DNA from: Catajapyx aquilonaris
Taxonomy: Eukaryota
Length of the DNA stretch: 64,000 nt
Direction of reading: 5' to 3'
Assembly: GCA_000934665.2 (NCBI GenBank)
Contig: KZ537969.1
Coordinates: 1 to 64,000, forward strand
In this document: one piece after another, positions 1 through 21,100 of the stretch
Layout: each line of letters starts with the position of its first letter
Position numbering within the stretch: the stretch's first letter is position 1
Notes under the pieces: model-generated
The model's database searches: none
What the model was told of the DNA's origin: nothing
Seen by the model: the letters and a program-made list of their open reading frames with translations, nothing else
Made by a program: the position numbers and the translations under genes

Positions 1-97
1 GTATAGCCATAATTATTGCAAAGATTACTACCAAATCAATGGGTCACTCCTATGGAAAAGTATTTCATAACCCGAGCAACGCCGGGTATCCTGCTAG
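1..97 (+). mobile_element. 3' end of a Helitron-like element (5' part outside window)
   Basis: Subterminal hairpin ACCCG-AGCAACGC-CGGGT (70-87) followed closely by CTAG|T (94-98), the standard Helitron 3' terminus. Confidence 0.6.
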
Positions 98-513
98 TTT
101 ACAATAAAAACGTAGACAAATTCCCAGTCAGCAGCAAAATGATGTGTTCTGAGGGCCACTGTCAACAACCAGATCACCAGGGGTATGCTGTCTCACCCAG
201 GGGTGCTTGATGACAGCCATCCCACCAGAGGTGGTGTTTTACGCCAGGATGTATGCATGGAGTACACCAGGTCCTTAACACTGATGAATCCAATTTGTTT
301 TTTGACAGTTCTGTGATAGAAAGGAAAATCGCGGGGGTAGGGGTAATACAAATGATTTTTATTTATGAGCCAATAAGATTACATGTCATGTAGGCATGAG
401 CACATCTGCATGTACTCATTACTTTGTGCTGAACACTTTTATACTTGTTAACACTTTGAATGTGTTGTGAGAAATAAAGCAATTCACCGAATTTTACCTT
501 CTTCAAACCAACC

Positions 514-1570
514 TTATAATATTGTATGGTCACTAACAGAACCTGCATACGAATGTGACACGTAGAAAGTGATCCCACTAGGTGTCGCTCCAACTACATT
601 TTTCAATGTAGTTCTATTTTTGTACGTGCTGAAAGTTGCTTGCTGAAATGCTGGATTTTTTGGGGCTTCAATTTTAAATTTAGTTCCATCAAGTATGACC
701 CGAGTGCTTGGGTAGGATTGTTTAAAACCCTCAGGCATGTAGTACATGATAAGGTCTTTACTTGGCCAAATATCAATATTTTGCCATTCATGGTACATGA
801 AATTTAACCATGTAACCACAATGTTCTGTACTATTTTTTTACTAACATCAAACATCATGGCCAGGGCAAAATCAGGAATGGCCCCCCTCAACTTAATCAG
901 AGTCATTAGGAACTGGTCCTCAACAGAAACCCAGACAATGGAATCATATCGATATAATTATCAAGTCATATGCTGCTGGCCCCAGTGTATGTAAGACAAG
1001 TTGTAATTTGTCAAACGATTCAAAACCTGTGTAATAAGCTACACACTGGTTGGTCCTTCAACTTATCAAAACAAAATGATGCCTTGAAAATGGTTTGAGT
1101 GCCCACTGAATAAGTAACTTTCACACTATAGCATTGCATTACTTTTGCTCTGAATTTTCTTTGAGGGAGAATGCACATTATTGCTTCTGATTGCCCACCT
1201 GAGCCACATGTCACTTCAACCTCACAACATAATTATATTATGCCTATGCAATCCTCATTTTCCAGGAAAGTGAAGCCACTTGCAGATTCTTCTTCCACAG
1301 TCGCTTGAGTTCCAGGGACTGTGGCGGTGATTGCACTGCACTGTTTAGACCTGGCTTTTTCTCTCTTCCCACTTCTTGCTCCTTCGCTCTCTCTGCCAGA
1401 CCATCAACCATGGAAAGATTTAATGTCTTCTTCCATGAGAAAACTGATGGGACTGCATCTTTCTTCAGTATTCTTTTTTGAAGGGTGTGTCCTGGCAACA
1501 GATACAACACAGCAGCATGTATATACCTGGCTCAGGCATGGCTCAGGCTACAATAAGCTGTTGAGACAAC
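514..1570 (-). pseudogene. Degraded THAP + HTH/DDE_Tnp_4 transposase (ISL2EU / PIF-Harbinger-like DNA transposon relic)
   Basis: ORF 1244-1510 has the THAP C-terminal box LKKDAVPSVF. ORF 514-906 has transposase motifs LIKLR..FALAMMFDVS, WPSKD..MPEGFK..YPSTRVILDGT..IEAP..QQATFSTYKNRTTLK..GATPSG.I.YVS.SYAGSVSD. It is broken by stops and frameshifts, and I found no convincing TIRs. Confidence 0.8.
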
Positions 1571-2302
1571 TTTCTATGTAAAACAATTTTATTGATGCAC
1601 ATAGGTAATTAATCGATTGTATTGGTTGGTTGCCAGTTGTGCCAACTCCTAGTGCCAAATGTACCAACCCATATTTTACTGACAGACAGTACTGTACAAT
1701 CACATCAAACTCATCAGCTTCCTAATATTGTACTGAGCTATTTGTAGTTGTTGAAGTAAATAATAGCTATTTTTAAGTTTACACATTCGTATTTCCTGGA
1801 ACCAGCCAACCAATCAGGTTCGACGAAGCAGCATCTTTTGCCAATCAGCTTGGCCCATTTGTTATTGCACCATGTGTTTGATTGGCATGTGTAAACACAC
1901 CTTGTCATAACTATTACCACTCTTGCTATTACATACATTAGTTACATTTGTTTACAGCCCAGTCCCACGCCCAGTTTTGAGTTGAACGTCACGCAGATGT
2001 CATGAATGAAAGTGTACTGAGTCTGTGCAATTACTGCAACACTCCGGTTACACTCTAGCTGCGTTGCAATTGAAATCTGATTGAAATACACCCACATAAT
2101 ATGAGTAACTAATATCACACATGCAACAATCGCACTCAAACCCAGCACTTGCACTGACCATGCACGCACGTAAAACATGCCATGTAAATTATCTCCTTAA
2201 TTTTAATTGCACCATCATTGCGCTAGTTTCCATATTGATGAGAGTGTTACGTAACGGTTCCCCCGAGGGATCTGATTTGACTCCGGTTCGAAGGCTCAAA
2301 AG

Positions 2303-2445
2303 TATAAAAGGCGAGCGGTGGTCGGCCATTTTGGGCGAGGGAGGCGTAGTTACAATGCGGGCAGGGAAGACGATTCTGAGGTCTTCTTAGCTCGCCTTGG
2401 GACGAGAACCTCCGCTGCCTTCATTCTAATCGCCTGGCCGAAACG
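2303..2445 (+). promoter_or_regulatory. Probable RPB1 core promoter and first non-coding exon
   Basis: TATAAAA at 2303-2309, YY1-type GCCATTTTG at 2325-2333, CpG-rich context and a strong donor CG|GTAAG at 2446. The acceptor TTCTTCTCAG ending at 3767 precedes the ATG at 3856. Confidence 0.55.
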
Positions 2446-3855
2446 GTAAGCTCGCCCGGTCGAGGGAGGACACGAATCCGGGGGCCAAACGACACCGTAT
2501 GCCGAAAATGGGGAGGGGAAAAAAGAAGGTCGAAGGGAGAGAGTGAGGGGAGGGAGGGAGAAAGGAAGGAACGCCATTCCGAGAGAGAGGCGAGGGGAAG
2601 GCTGCGCAAATATAATCGGACCATCTGGGGATGTGTATTGTATGTACCAGGTTGTAATGAATGAAACGTTGAATAAAAGTTGTGCGAAAATTGGCCGCTA
2701 TTGGAATATCACTAATTGCTTTCATATGCTGCGATGGAACTTGAAAAAAAATGTTGCATGAACAGTGCAAGTGAATGCCTGAAGTATTGATGATGATTAT
2801 GTATCATGCATGCTGGTTAAACGAATACATGCTTGTACAGCCCCTAGTTAAATTTTTTGGGTGATGTGGACATGCCAAACCCAATCATCCTGACTGTGCT
2901 TCGTCTTCCTACTTCAGGATTCCTCTTGGAATGTCAACAGAGACGTTACTGTCTTGTTTTACTATTGAAATCATGATGTAAGGGTTCTAACAGTCAAAAT
3001 CTATGAACCGGTAAATCAGAGCAATGCTAGTAATTCGGCATGCAAGTTACATGATTCATGTGTGGGCATGGTTAGAAAATTCTTCATCGTTTGAAATGCA
3101 GGCATTGTGTTTTCATGCATAGAGTTGATTTTATATTAATGCAAATATACACCTCCGAGGGTAGTCCGGTAGTCCGTATACTTAAAAAAAAAATGCAAGT
3201 TCTAACCCCTCGCCCTCAACTCTGAACTTGTTAACATTTTATTTGTCAAATACAGTGTAAGACAGCAAGTATTGTGGTGTTATTAGTTAATTTTTCAGTT
3301 ATGAGGTATGAAATGGAAAGAAAGTGGTAATTAGCTTATTGCATTATTATCGTTGTTATTTTTAAATGACATATCCTCTACTGCCATAACTTGAGAACTT
3401 ACAGACCATAATGTTTGAGCCATCTGTGAGAAGTGTTCCAATTGTGAAGCATTTACCCATTTACCTCACCCCATTTCGTAATTTATTGAAGTTATAGAAT
3501 TGCTGTACCCATCATAAGTTGATAGTTGAGGGAAAGAAAAGGAAAAAAGAAAACTTTCCTAACTAGACTGACATGAGACAAAAATGTTGGGGCACAGTAA
3601 CCCAGTAATTTTCCAAACTTCCCCACTTGAATGTTGATGTCTTATCAATAATTTTTCCCTTACTGGGGTTGCTCCAGGCTCGACCCTCTCCCTTTCCTTT
3701 ATTTTCATGCTAGTAGTTCACTAGGAGAAAAGGAAGAAACAGGATGTTTATAAGTATTTCTTCTCAGGCAAGGCCACTGGCAGTCAGGAATCTTGGTCGA
3801 ACCAACCAAGGTGAGCTCGAGTGAGGAACTGCAGTGATCCAAATCAGTTGCAACC

Positions 3856-11142
<7,287 letters not shown>

Positions 11143-11303
11143 GAATATGCACTTACAAGACAACCTGTGTCCATTTGTAAATATGTGTTGGGTACATGGT
11201 ATGCAAAGTGTGTGTATATTCATGGGAGCAAAGTTGCAAGTTTTTCTTTTTGTATTGCTATCAATTAATGAGTTTCAACCCCCAAGTTCAGCAGTGGGTT
11301 ACG

Positions 11304-11460
11304 GCGGTCCCAAGGAGAAACACCCTATCTCTCTCCCAAAATTAGTAAGGGTTGCGTGCATTCCCTGCACTAATCCCCCCTTGCCCAGGGAGGATTAGTG
11401 CAGGGAATGCACCTTCACTCCTATTCGGTGTGTAGATAGGGTGTTTCTCCTTGTGACTGC
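11304..11460. repeat. Long inverted repeat / hairpin just downstream of RPB1 stop (MITE relic or structured 3' UTR element)
   Basis: Perfect 20-bp stem 11311-11330 / 11434-11453 and perfect 21-bp stem 11356-11376 / 11392-11412. Confidence 0.85.
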
Positions 11461-12176
11461 AGATTATGGATGTGGAGCATCCAGAGTGAAATGTTATTTA
11501 AGTGATGAGATAAAAAGGATGTATGTATCACAACCCAATGTGGTGGTGAAAATGCTAAAAAAATAAATATAAGACAAAGTTCCAACCCGCATTTTATTTG
11601 GCTACATTCCATTTACAATCTCCCATGACCCCAAGAGTTATGCCGGTGGTAGGTGAAGCTAATAAACCTAGCTCTCAGCCCATTTATGGCTATTACGAGC
11701 AGGTGACGGGTGTTGGCCAGGTGCGCTGAGTCAACCAGGTGATGCCCATTCACCCTGACGCAACCAGTGGCTCAGCAGCTGCTCAACAAGCCGCTTATTT
11801 CCCTAATAGCTGTCCCATTTGGAAGTCCATGAGAGAAAAAAAGGAACGGCTACTTTTGTAAGCTGCTTTTAAATGCCGTGAAACCGCTGTGGTTGATCCG
11901 ACCCTCTTTTGGAAGAGAACCCTTCTTTGCTCCTGCGGGATAATATAATACTAGGCCTGGAATCAAGCGAGGGAGCAAAGGTCCCTTTGCTGCAGCGGCT
12001 GGCTCCCGTTTTTCGTAGCTAGGAAGAAGGGGAGGGGGCGGGTTTGGCAGCAGCTGCTAAGGGTCGGTCCGTCGCCGTTTCCGTCCGCCCCGTCCTTGGC
12101 GTTCCATCCCATACAGTGGTGGGGAGAGAGAGAGAGATACAGAAGCAGTGTCCAGTCGGAATTTGGAACAATAAGG

Positions 12177-15100
12177 ATGGCCTCGTCGTCGTCGTCCAGG
12201 AAGAAGCAGGACGAGAAGCACCTGAGGACGCTTAGAGAACTGGCTTCGTCCGTGGCACAGAACAAGCAGTGCTTCGATTGCCACCAGAGGGGACCCACCT
12301 ATGTCAACATGACCATTGGGTCGTTTGTCTGCACCTCTTGTTCTGGAATACTGTGAGTATTGGATGGCAGGGTGGGTATAAGATGTGGTGAAAAGCAGGT
12401 GTGGTTGGCCTTTGAAAAGTATGGCACAAGGTGCTGCAGTACCCAGCGATAGAAATGTGTCATGTGTTGGTCACTCTATGTACTGAGCTTCTCGTAAAGA
12501 TGCGCCTCGGCTGTATCGTTGGCTATGCTACCAAGCTACACAATTGTAATTGTAAAAATTATGTCACAAGGTGCTGCAGGCGATAGAAATATGTCAAATG
12601 TCAGTCACCCTGTGTGCAGTAGAACCTCGATTATCGGCTCCTCGCTTTACCCGACCGTCCCGATCCAGCTCCTCGGTTTACCCAACCGTCCCTATGCGGC
12701 TATAAATGTTTTCTCACAAAATACGGAAATGTACTACGTATTTGTATGTTTTGCCTTAATTAAATTGTAAATACAGTACAGTACAGTGTGTATGTAAAAG
12801 ATAATATTTCACTATTTCTTAGAAAAGCATGACATTGTACATTATTTCAAGCGTTGATATGGTTTTTATTGTGGTTCATTAAAGTTTCCTTTTTTCATCG
12901 GATTATCCAACCTTTTTTGTTATCTGACCATGCTCAGATCCCGTGGGTGATGGATAATTGGGGTTCTACTGTCATTGTAAAATTTATGGCACAAGGTGTT
13001 GCAGTACCGGACGATAGAAATATGTCAAATGTCGTCCACCCTGTGTAGTGAGTTTCTGAGAAACGTGGCCCTCAGCTGTATTGTGCCAGTCTACAAAATT
13101 GTAACTACAAGCTGGGCGTAAACTATGAAACCACGATGTTGGGCATAAAAGTTGAAGGAATGGATTTTGACGCAGTGCTCAGTGTCAGTAAGATTTGCCG
13201 TTACATTGCCTAGTTTGCATCGGTTTGCGTCTTGCCAAAGTAAGAATAGGTAGCCTCTGAGATGGGGAAAGTGTGGCACTATCAGAAATATTGCACATTG
13301 TGCTGTCTGTGGTATTCTAATGGAGCTTTGAGTGAAGCTGGACATTGGAATTGCAGCTTTTTTGACAGCGTGCTAGTTGAATCCAGACCCTTATCAGTAG
13401 AAATTTATCAAATTTTATTAAGTGTGTACCTCCATACTGATGCATTGTGCTGAACGCACGCCCCATGACTTGCAATCAAGGAGCAGTATGACTCAGGAAT
13501 GGGTGTGAAATTTACACTGATACTGCTAAGCTAAATTTTTATCACAGAGCATGTATGTATAGGCTTAGCTGCTTTGCATCACAATGGAATATCTGTAGAG
13601 TACTTAACAGGACATGCCAATCGTTGTCATCTCTGTCCCATGTGGATTTTGGACAATGAGAGCAATTCAGTTGCAGAACTTTATAGGAGCTTAGAAGAGG
13701 CTGTTTGTATGCTACATGCAGCTGAGCTCATTGGGAGATATCTCCAAATACATATCTTGTCACATTTGTAAGAGAATGATTTTCACCAAGTTTCGTCACT
13801 TGCTATGAACTTATCTGAAGTAATTATAAATTTTTGATGACATCTGAGGGCCTAAGAATAAATCAAAGTGAATATTAGCCACCCACAGTTTGGTTTCTCA
13901 TCCGCACTCTCTTAATTGCAGCATATTTTACTATTGACCTTTGTGAAGACATCTATGTTTCAAGGCTACTGGTCGAGATGATCAGACGGTAAAATATGGC
14001 TTTTCGTGTCTAGCTAAGCAGTATAGTGTCTGAAATTAGTCAAACTCAGACAGTCTAATTAATACATGGAAACCTTATCTCTCACACACAGGGGTAATGA
14101 CTTTCTGTAGTCAGGGTCATGCTACGGGGTGGAAGGATTGCTGGTTGCAAAAGTCAAAGGGCCAGTTTCTTGCCCTTTACTAGTATAGCATGTTTACTAT
14201 TTTTCATTGTATTGCCAATATATGCTACGGCTACACTCCTGTTTGCAAGTGTGACACTAATGGTCGGATCATGAACTGTTTTGACTTTTGCTTTGTGATT
14301 GATTTATGCCAGACTTTTTGTAACACTTTTAAGTGTCAGATTTTGTCGATATATGTAGCAGGCATAGTTATATTTGGTGCCTTCTGGACTAGCACTGCAT
14401 TTAGATACGTCCGGCAACGGACATCTTCAAGAATATAATTTTAATGATGAAACACTCTTGTTAGTGCAATCAACATTCCTACAGGGTATGTGTAAAAACT
14501 TTTTCCTTTGGAAGGTCGAGTTCTTGTAGTCACTATGAGGTGAATGAGTCACAGTGTTTTATAGCTCTTGGATTGTTGTAAATTGTTTTTATGGATTTTT
14601 ATATTGCAAACATAATAATTATGTTGCTGCATTTAAGCCTCCAAGTTTGTAATAATGATGTTATTAGGACATAAAATAGGGAATGCAAACTTTACTCATT
14701 CAGGAGCCCTAATGAACGAATGAACACAAAAAACTGCCTTAAATACTGTTGTGCTGTTAGAAGTGTGGGAAATGCTATCTCCCTAACAATTAAAGAATTG
14801 CCATGTTTTACAAGTCATGTAAAACTCCACACGCTATAGTGCACTCTGTGTGTCACTGGGGAGAGAAGTACGTTTATGTAGGTTAGGGTCATTAGCTGAG
14901 GCGAAGAGTGTCTTGAGTCCTTGAGTTGCGGAGATCCTTTGCAGATTTACCAAGGCCAATAGATAGTGCAGCCAATTTTTTTTTTGCTCTTTGTAAGGTA
15001 CAACTAGCATGTGTAATATGTCACGAAAGAAGGAGAGAAAATTTACATAATCAGTTTTATGAGCTGTTACTTAATTGCGTTTAAGACCAAGTCAGTTATT

Positions 15101-18100
15101 ATTTTGTGAATGTAAGTTTCAAGTGAGTGGCAATTTTGGCTCTCTTATTATATCCTTGGGAAAAGTGGCATCTGTAGAAGAAGGTTGCTTTCTGTCATGT
15201 AATTTTATTTCACATGTAGACTAGTATACTACAGAAAGGAAAGTAACTCCATGACATTATACATTACACCCACACATGCAGCCCTTTTTATTGGGATGAT
15301 AATTGTTATGAACTTTGTACATTTGACACTCCATAAAAACTCTCACAAGATTACTAATACATATGGTTCTGAAATGTGCCTGTGCTTGGGGTTTCATTTT
15401 TCACTGAAACTGGATGTGTATGAACTATGTAAAAATAAACTTTTAGAATGCTAAGGGCTGTTACTCATATTGAAATATGAGGCATGTGGATGTTTTAGCA
15501 AGTGGCTTATTGATCAGAAATGGTCACTTGCATTAATGGAAAAAATGAATAATATATTGATTGCATTGAAGAAATCCTTGACAGATTTCACAGCTGCTAC
15601 GGGAAGTGCTTTTGTTGCCGCAGTTGACTAGTGCAAGGATATGTGATGATCACAAGTGGTTGAATGCCTCGCAAGATTTTCTCTCTCCTCCCTCTCTCAT
15701 AGAATGATAAATATGAATACTTGCGTAAGACTTTGCATGCATATCAAATCGGTGTCCCATTTCATTATACTCTAACCACTTTCAGTTACAAGTAGCCAGT
15801 GATGATAAGCATTGCCTTGAATTGTGAAGGCAGGCTGGAAATACCCTTAGAAGGTGGTGGCAGTGATTAGGTGCAGTCTTATTGATTGCACAATTTTGTC
15901 AACAGGAAGTCCGGCAGACTTGAAGCCACCAGACGTTATGCTTCTCAGAAGCGTTGTTATCATCAGTGGCTTCACGCGTCGTCGCAGTGACGTCCATTAC
16001 GTACATACTATTGCTTTAATTTCTTGAAATTCTCTAAGGCATTAATCTGATGTTGCATAATTTTATGTGCAGGCAATGAGTTTTACAAATATTTCCTCCA
16101 TTGCTGCAGAGTTGCAAAACTGGATGTGATAATCAAGTAGGGATGTGGTGGGTAACATGTACTATATCTCAAGGAAACACCTTTACTGTTTGAGTGATCC
16201 TCATTCCAATACATGCAGATTTTAAAACAGAATCAGTGCTGAGGAAGCACATAACTAAACTGTTGCTATCTGCTGGCTCAGACTAATGTGCCAGTTTATT
16301 GGCATTTGCAGTAAAGGCATTGAACCTATTACAGTGGAACCTGCACAAGGTATTATGTGAATGACCCAGTGCATGCAAAGAAGAGGAATACAGTACTGTT
16401 CTGTGGTGGCAAATCAATACTATGGAAGACTAATAGTGTGACTGATAATATCAGTGCAGCTCTAGACCCATAGGTAACTGTGGGTATCCCTGGTCGTTTA
16501 CTAGTAGTGGTAGCTTTAATTTGTTTCAGTTTGTCCTCTTTTTAAATGCAGATTATGGATCTCAGTAGGGGGTGACAGGGAATCAATAACACAGCATGAA
16601 CTTCCTGTACTCAGAAGTTTTGTTATATACTGTTGTGGTACAGCGTGGTATATGAGACATTATGTAATCATTACATACTGGATCTAAATTGTTAAAGAGA
16701 TGCATAACATTCCCAGCACATCCTAAATATTTTCATGGGTAATGTTCGCCAAGTGGTTACACATTTTTATTACCATTGATTACACAGTGTGACGAACTCT
16801 GTAGTAGTTTCGCCAGTATGCTTGGTAGTTCTGAGCATTTCACAAGCAGCTGGAGAACTCTTTTAGTTTGAGAATAGGTGTACAATTTTTTCTCATCCAT
16901 TTCCATGTTCTGTGTGCTTTCCTTTTTTTGCTTGGAAGATGTACGTCTCTGACTGCAGTGTTGCGTGGTACTGATGTACTTTTGCAATTGCCTTATTTAA
17001 ACCCAATATGTAGCAGCTCTAAGGCCATTAGGTGAACTCGAGATGGTCTTTTATCAATTTTGATAAGGTCCAATAATTTTTCCTTAACAAGGACATGAAC
17101 CAAGTTGTAGCAATTTGCTAGTCTCCAAATGCAGTTCACATATTAGTGGAATACACATACTGTATAGAACTAAAGTCGGCTCGTAAGATATAAATGTAAA
17201 TCGTGTAGGCTGTCACAAGTCAGCTCCACTTCAGAGGGTTTCCAGTGACTTTGTGAGATCCAGTGTACAGGTACTGTAAACAGCCCCATTTTCACAAGTG
17301 GATGCAATGTCCAATTGAAAAGGCACTGAAGTTGACTTTATGTACAGTACACTCCTCATGGCTGGGTGAACTTCAGTGGGAGCATCTTTGCCCTTGGCAC
17401 CACTCCTGATCTTTGTTATCTCTCTCCTCAGGGTCAATATTTGTTTGCAAATATTTGGAGATGTAGCAGAGTAGTAGTGAAATTGCGTTTAACTGACCCC
17501 ACAACCTAATTGGGTTCTCGTGTTCTTTTCATTTTAGCCGAGGCCTCAGTACACCCCATCGAGTCAAATCCATTTCTATGGCCAGCTTCACTCCAGAAGA
17601 GATTGAAACCATACGATCCCGTGGAAATGAGGTCAGTTTTGGTTTGGCATCTGAGAGCGAAAGTGGAGATCATGGTTAATCTATGCCATTATTTTTTCAA
17701 GTGTAACAATCTGCATGAGTGGGAGCTAATTAGGAACTGATCTTTTCTAGTACTGCAAACGAGTATGGTTGGGGAACTATGATGGGAAAGTGAACCTAGA
17801 GGCAGACGCGAAGGATGAGCAGCATATCCGGGACTTTATGGTGATGAAGTATGAGAAGAAGAGGTATGCGTTTATGAATAAGGGATTGGAGTTGCAGTAT
17901 CCCTGTTCATTAGCAACTTAGATCCAGTTAGAGTTTTCTGTTCTTTGTGGGTCAAATGGGCTTGTGGGAGGAAGAAGGGAGAGAGTTGATGGGAAGTAAG
18001 GAAGTACTCACCTACTCCATTCACACAATTAGTGGATTTTTTTGGGGTCAGCATTGAAATTGTTATGCCAGGTTAGTGTATGCAAAACCAGCTTTTAATG

Positions 18101-21100
18101 TAGTTCCCATTATTATGCAGGCTGCATGTACTGAAGTGAGTGTAACAGTTTCTTGCGAGCCATTTGTCGTGTGTTATGCTTTATCACTTGCCTGCAGGTA
18201 ATTTATGGCATAATATTGTTGTGGGTTTATGGTGCAAGAAAAAGTTGAATTAATTTGAATCATAATTGTTATTCTACAACTGGCCACAGCGATAAGTTAC
18301 TAAACCCTGTACTGCGTACAACGTTAAGACAAGCTGCGATAAGGCATTACGATAGTTGTTATTTACAAGTTGTGGCACATTTGTTATTCAGTTTTTTGAT
18401 AAGGTTGAAGAGCACTTACCTTGAAATTTGTTTATGTACTGCATTCCTGCATATGCAGAGTGCCATTTGATACTGAACATTACAAGTGGGAATGTGATAT
18501 CGGACTGGATGAATGCTGCCAGTGTTGCAGTGCTAGGCAGGATGCAAAGGGGAAATGGTGATATTGAACAAAGGTAAATGGGGATGGAATTGGCATCAGT
18601 GTTGCAGCTGAGTGGGTGGGAATATGGGTCACAAGCTTTGTAGGGGGTGGATCCTGTCTATTTCCAATTCAGTGCAGTATCAAGCCCCACTTGCACTAGG
18701 AGGAGATCATGGATTTTTTTGGGAGCTCCAGTTCTGAGGAATCGGATGAGTTATGATTAGCCCACCGCAGAAGACCACACTAAATTTGTGAATAATTTTT
18801 GAACTGTTTCTGATTCAGATACTACGTGGACCCTGCAGTAGCAATGAGGAATGTGACCCTATCCCAGTCACAGGTGTCAACCCCTGGCCAGTCACAGTCA
18901 TCCCAGGCGAGCAGTGCTGCCTCAACACCTGACAGCAAACCCATTGGAAGCATAATAGCGCCAGTATGTCGTCTTGAACTTGCACAAGAGCATTAGTAAT
19001 GTCAATTGAGATGTATAAAAAGTGTTAAATGCTGTTAAATGTTAAATTGATATGTATTAGTGGCATATACTGTACTGTACTTAACTGCTTTATTATTGAA
19101 CTTTTTAGCCTGGAAGCAGGGGAGCTAGCATCCAGTCTCCAGCTGGTGGAGTGAAGACTATGGACCTTTTGGCAGAGTTGGGTAGCAGTGGGGGAGACCC
19201 ATTTGGTTCTACGCCCACCTCGGGTGGCAATGCTGCACAGCCATCCTTTGCCAATTTTGATAACAATCCTGTGTTCCACAGTGAGTTCAGCTTTCTCAAA
19301 TATTGTAGTGGGACTTGAGAGAATGTTTTTAAAGATAAGGCAAGAACAGACCGAGCCGACTTGTGGTATTTTAGGGGAGAAACTGTTGTCGAAGCTGTTA
19401 CAAGCAGTGTTGCACATTATGAGAATGTTTTAGGATGTTAGTGCTACTCATAGTGTCATTGCTATGGGTGGCGGAATTGTTTTGGGTGGGATCATATACG
19501 AGGGTCGTCCAATAAGTTCTGAGCCTGATGTTGAAAGACATGTTTGATGGTCAAAATTTTATTAAGACTCTTCGACGTAGTCACCTTGAACCAGGATGCA
19601 TTTGTCCCACCGGTGCTCCAACCTCTGTATTCCGTGTAAAAAAAAATCTTCCTCGACCCCACCCAACCACTCATACATTGCACTTATCACCTCATTGTCA
19701 CTGGAGAAGTGCATCCCACGGAGGTTTCAGGAGAATAATGATGGAGCCAGGTCTCATCTTGTGTTACGTAACGAGCCAAAAAGTGTCCCGGTCCCACCGA
19801 TACTCCTCCAATGGCGCCTGTGAATGTGTCACACGGATCCACTTCTGATCAGGCGTCAAGTCGCGGGTTACCCATCTGGCCGACAGCTTGTGCATCCCCA
19901 ATATGTCTGTTAGGATTGAATTCATAGTACCTCGCGAGATGGCCATCGCCGTGGCTATCTCCCTGAGGTGAGTCGGCCATCTGCCATGACCATGTCATGG
20001 ATGCGGTTGGCGTTCTCCGCAGTGGTTGGCGTTGCTGGGCAGCCCGAGCGGGGGTCATCTTCCACACTCTCCCGGCCCATCTTGAAATCCCGTGCCCACC
20101 TTCTGACAGTGGCATATGAAGGAGCTTCGTCAAACAGTATTTCCCTCATGTCCTCGTGAATCTTCTGAGGGGTCATCCCCTTTTTCTGGAAGTATTTGAT
20201 CACCGCTCGCAGCTCGATTTTGTCAATGTCGGAGACTAATCCGCACTTTCACGCCTGCAAGTGCCAGTATCCTGATAGAATGATGCAATCGGGGTGAAGT
20301 TTGGGGGTTGTTTCTCTAATGAGTGTCACTACCTTCAGGTGGAAGGACATCATTATCAGCCCACGCCATCTACCTTAGGCTCAGAACTTATTGGACGACC
20401 CTCGTACACTACCTGACAATTCTCACGTGCCCCTGGTGCTTCTCCTGCTGGTGCACATGTTTAAAATGATTACAGGAGTGTCCAGGGTCCCAGTCAGGTG
20501 ACACACGAGATTTATCAGGTGGTGTACCTTTCGTATTGATGGGCACGAAGGTCTGCGACAAATCCTGCGGAGGCCGCGCTATCCGTGTTACGGGGCCAGC
20601 CTTGGGGACTTCTACCCAGCGATTTGAAAAGCTACCATTGTGTTTGTTATATGAAAGGTTATATGCATGGATACAAGACTAGTCTTATTTCTGTACCTAG
20701 CTTATTTCTGCACGCTGCACCTACATAACCCATAATCCTAACCTTCCTTCCGTGCGCCCTATCTTCAGCAGATACACGCCTAGGAGAGTAGGTAAAAGTA
20801 TGGGGTCTCCCGTTACGAATTCGTAGACAATAAGTGCATAATTTTGTCATTTATCTCCAACACTATGATAGCGGAATAGCATGAGTTGCTACTGAGCTAT
20901 AGCAGGCCATGTAATAAGACATGCAATAAGACTCGTCTTATTCTTACATGCATAATAATAATAAATAATAATAATAATAATCCGGGTAGTGCTTGACCTC
21001 ATCTGATGTATATAGCACGGACCTTTATTTTATACTCATACATACATCGGAACTTTTATACGTAATGCCCGGGCCCACGGGCAGGATGACAAGAGGGGAT

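Noticed and set aside
2783..2900. Second C/D snoRNA candidate (ATGATGA...CTGA) in the RPB1 5' intron
   Set aside because: Weak terminal stem, no clear internal boxes, and too close to a possible acceptor at 2917.
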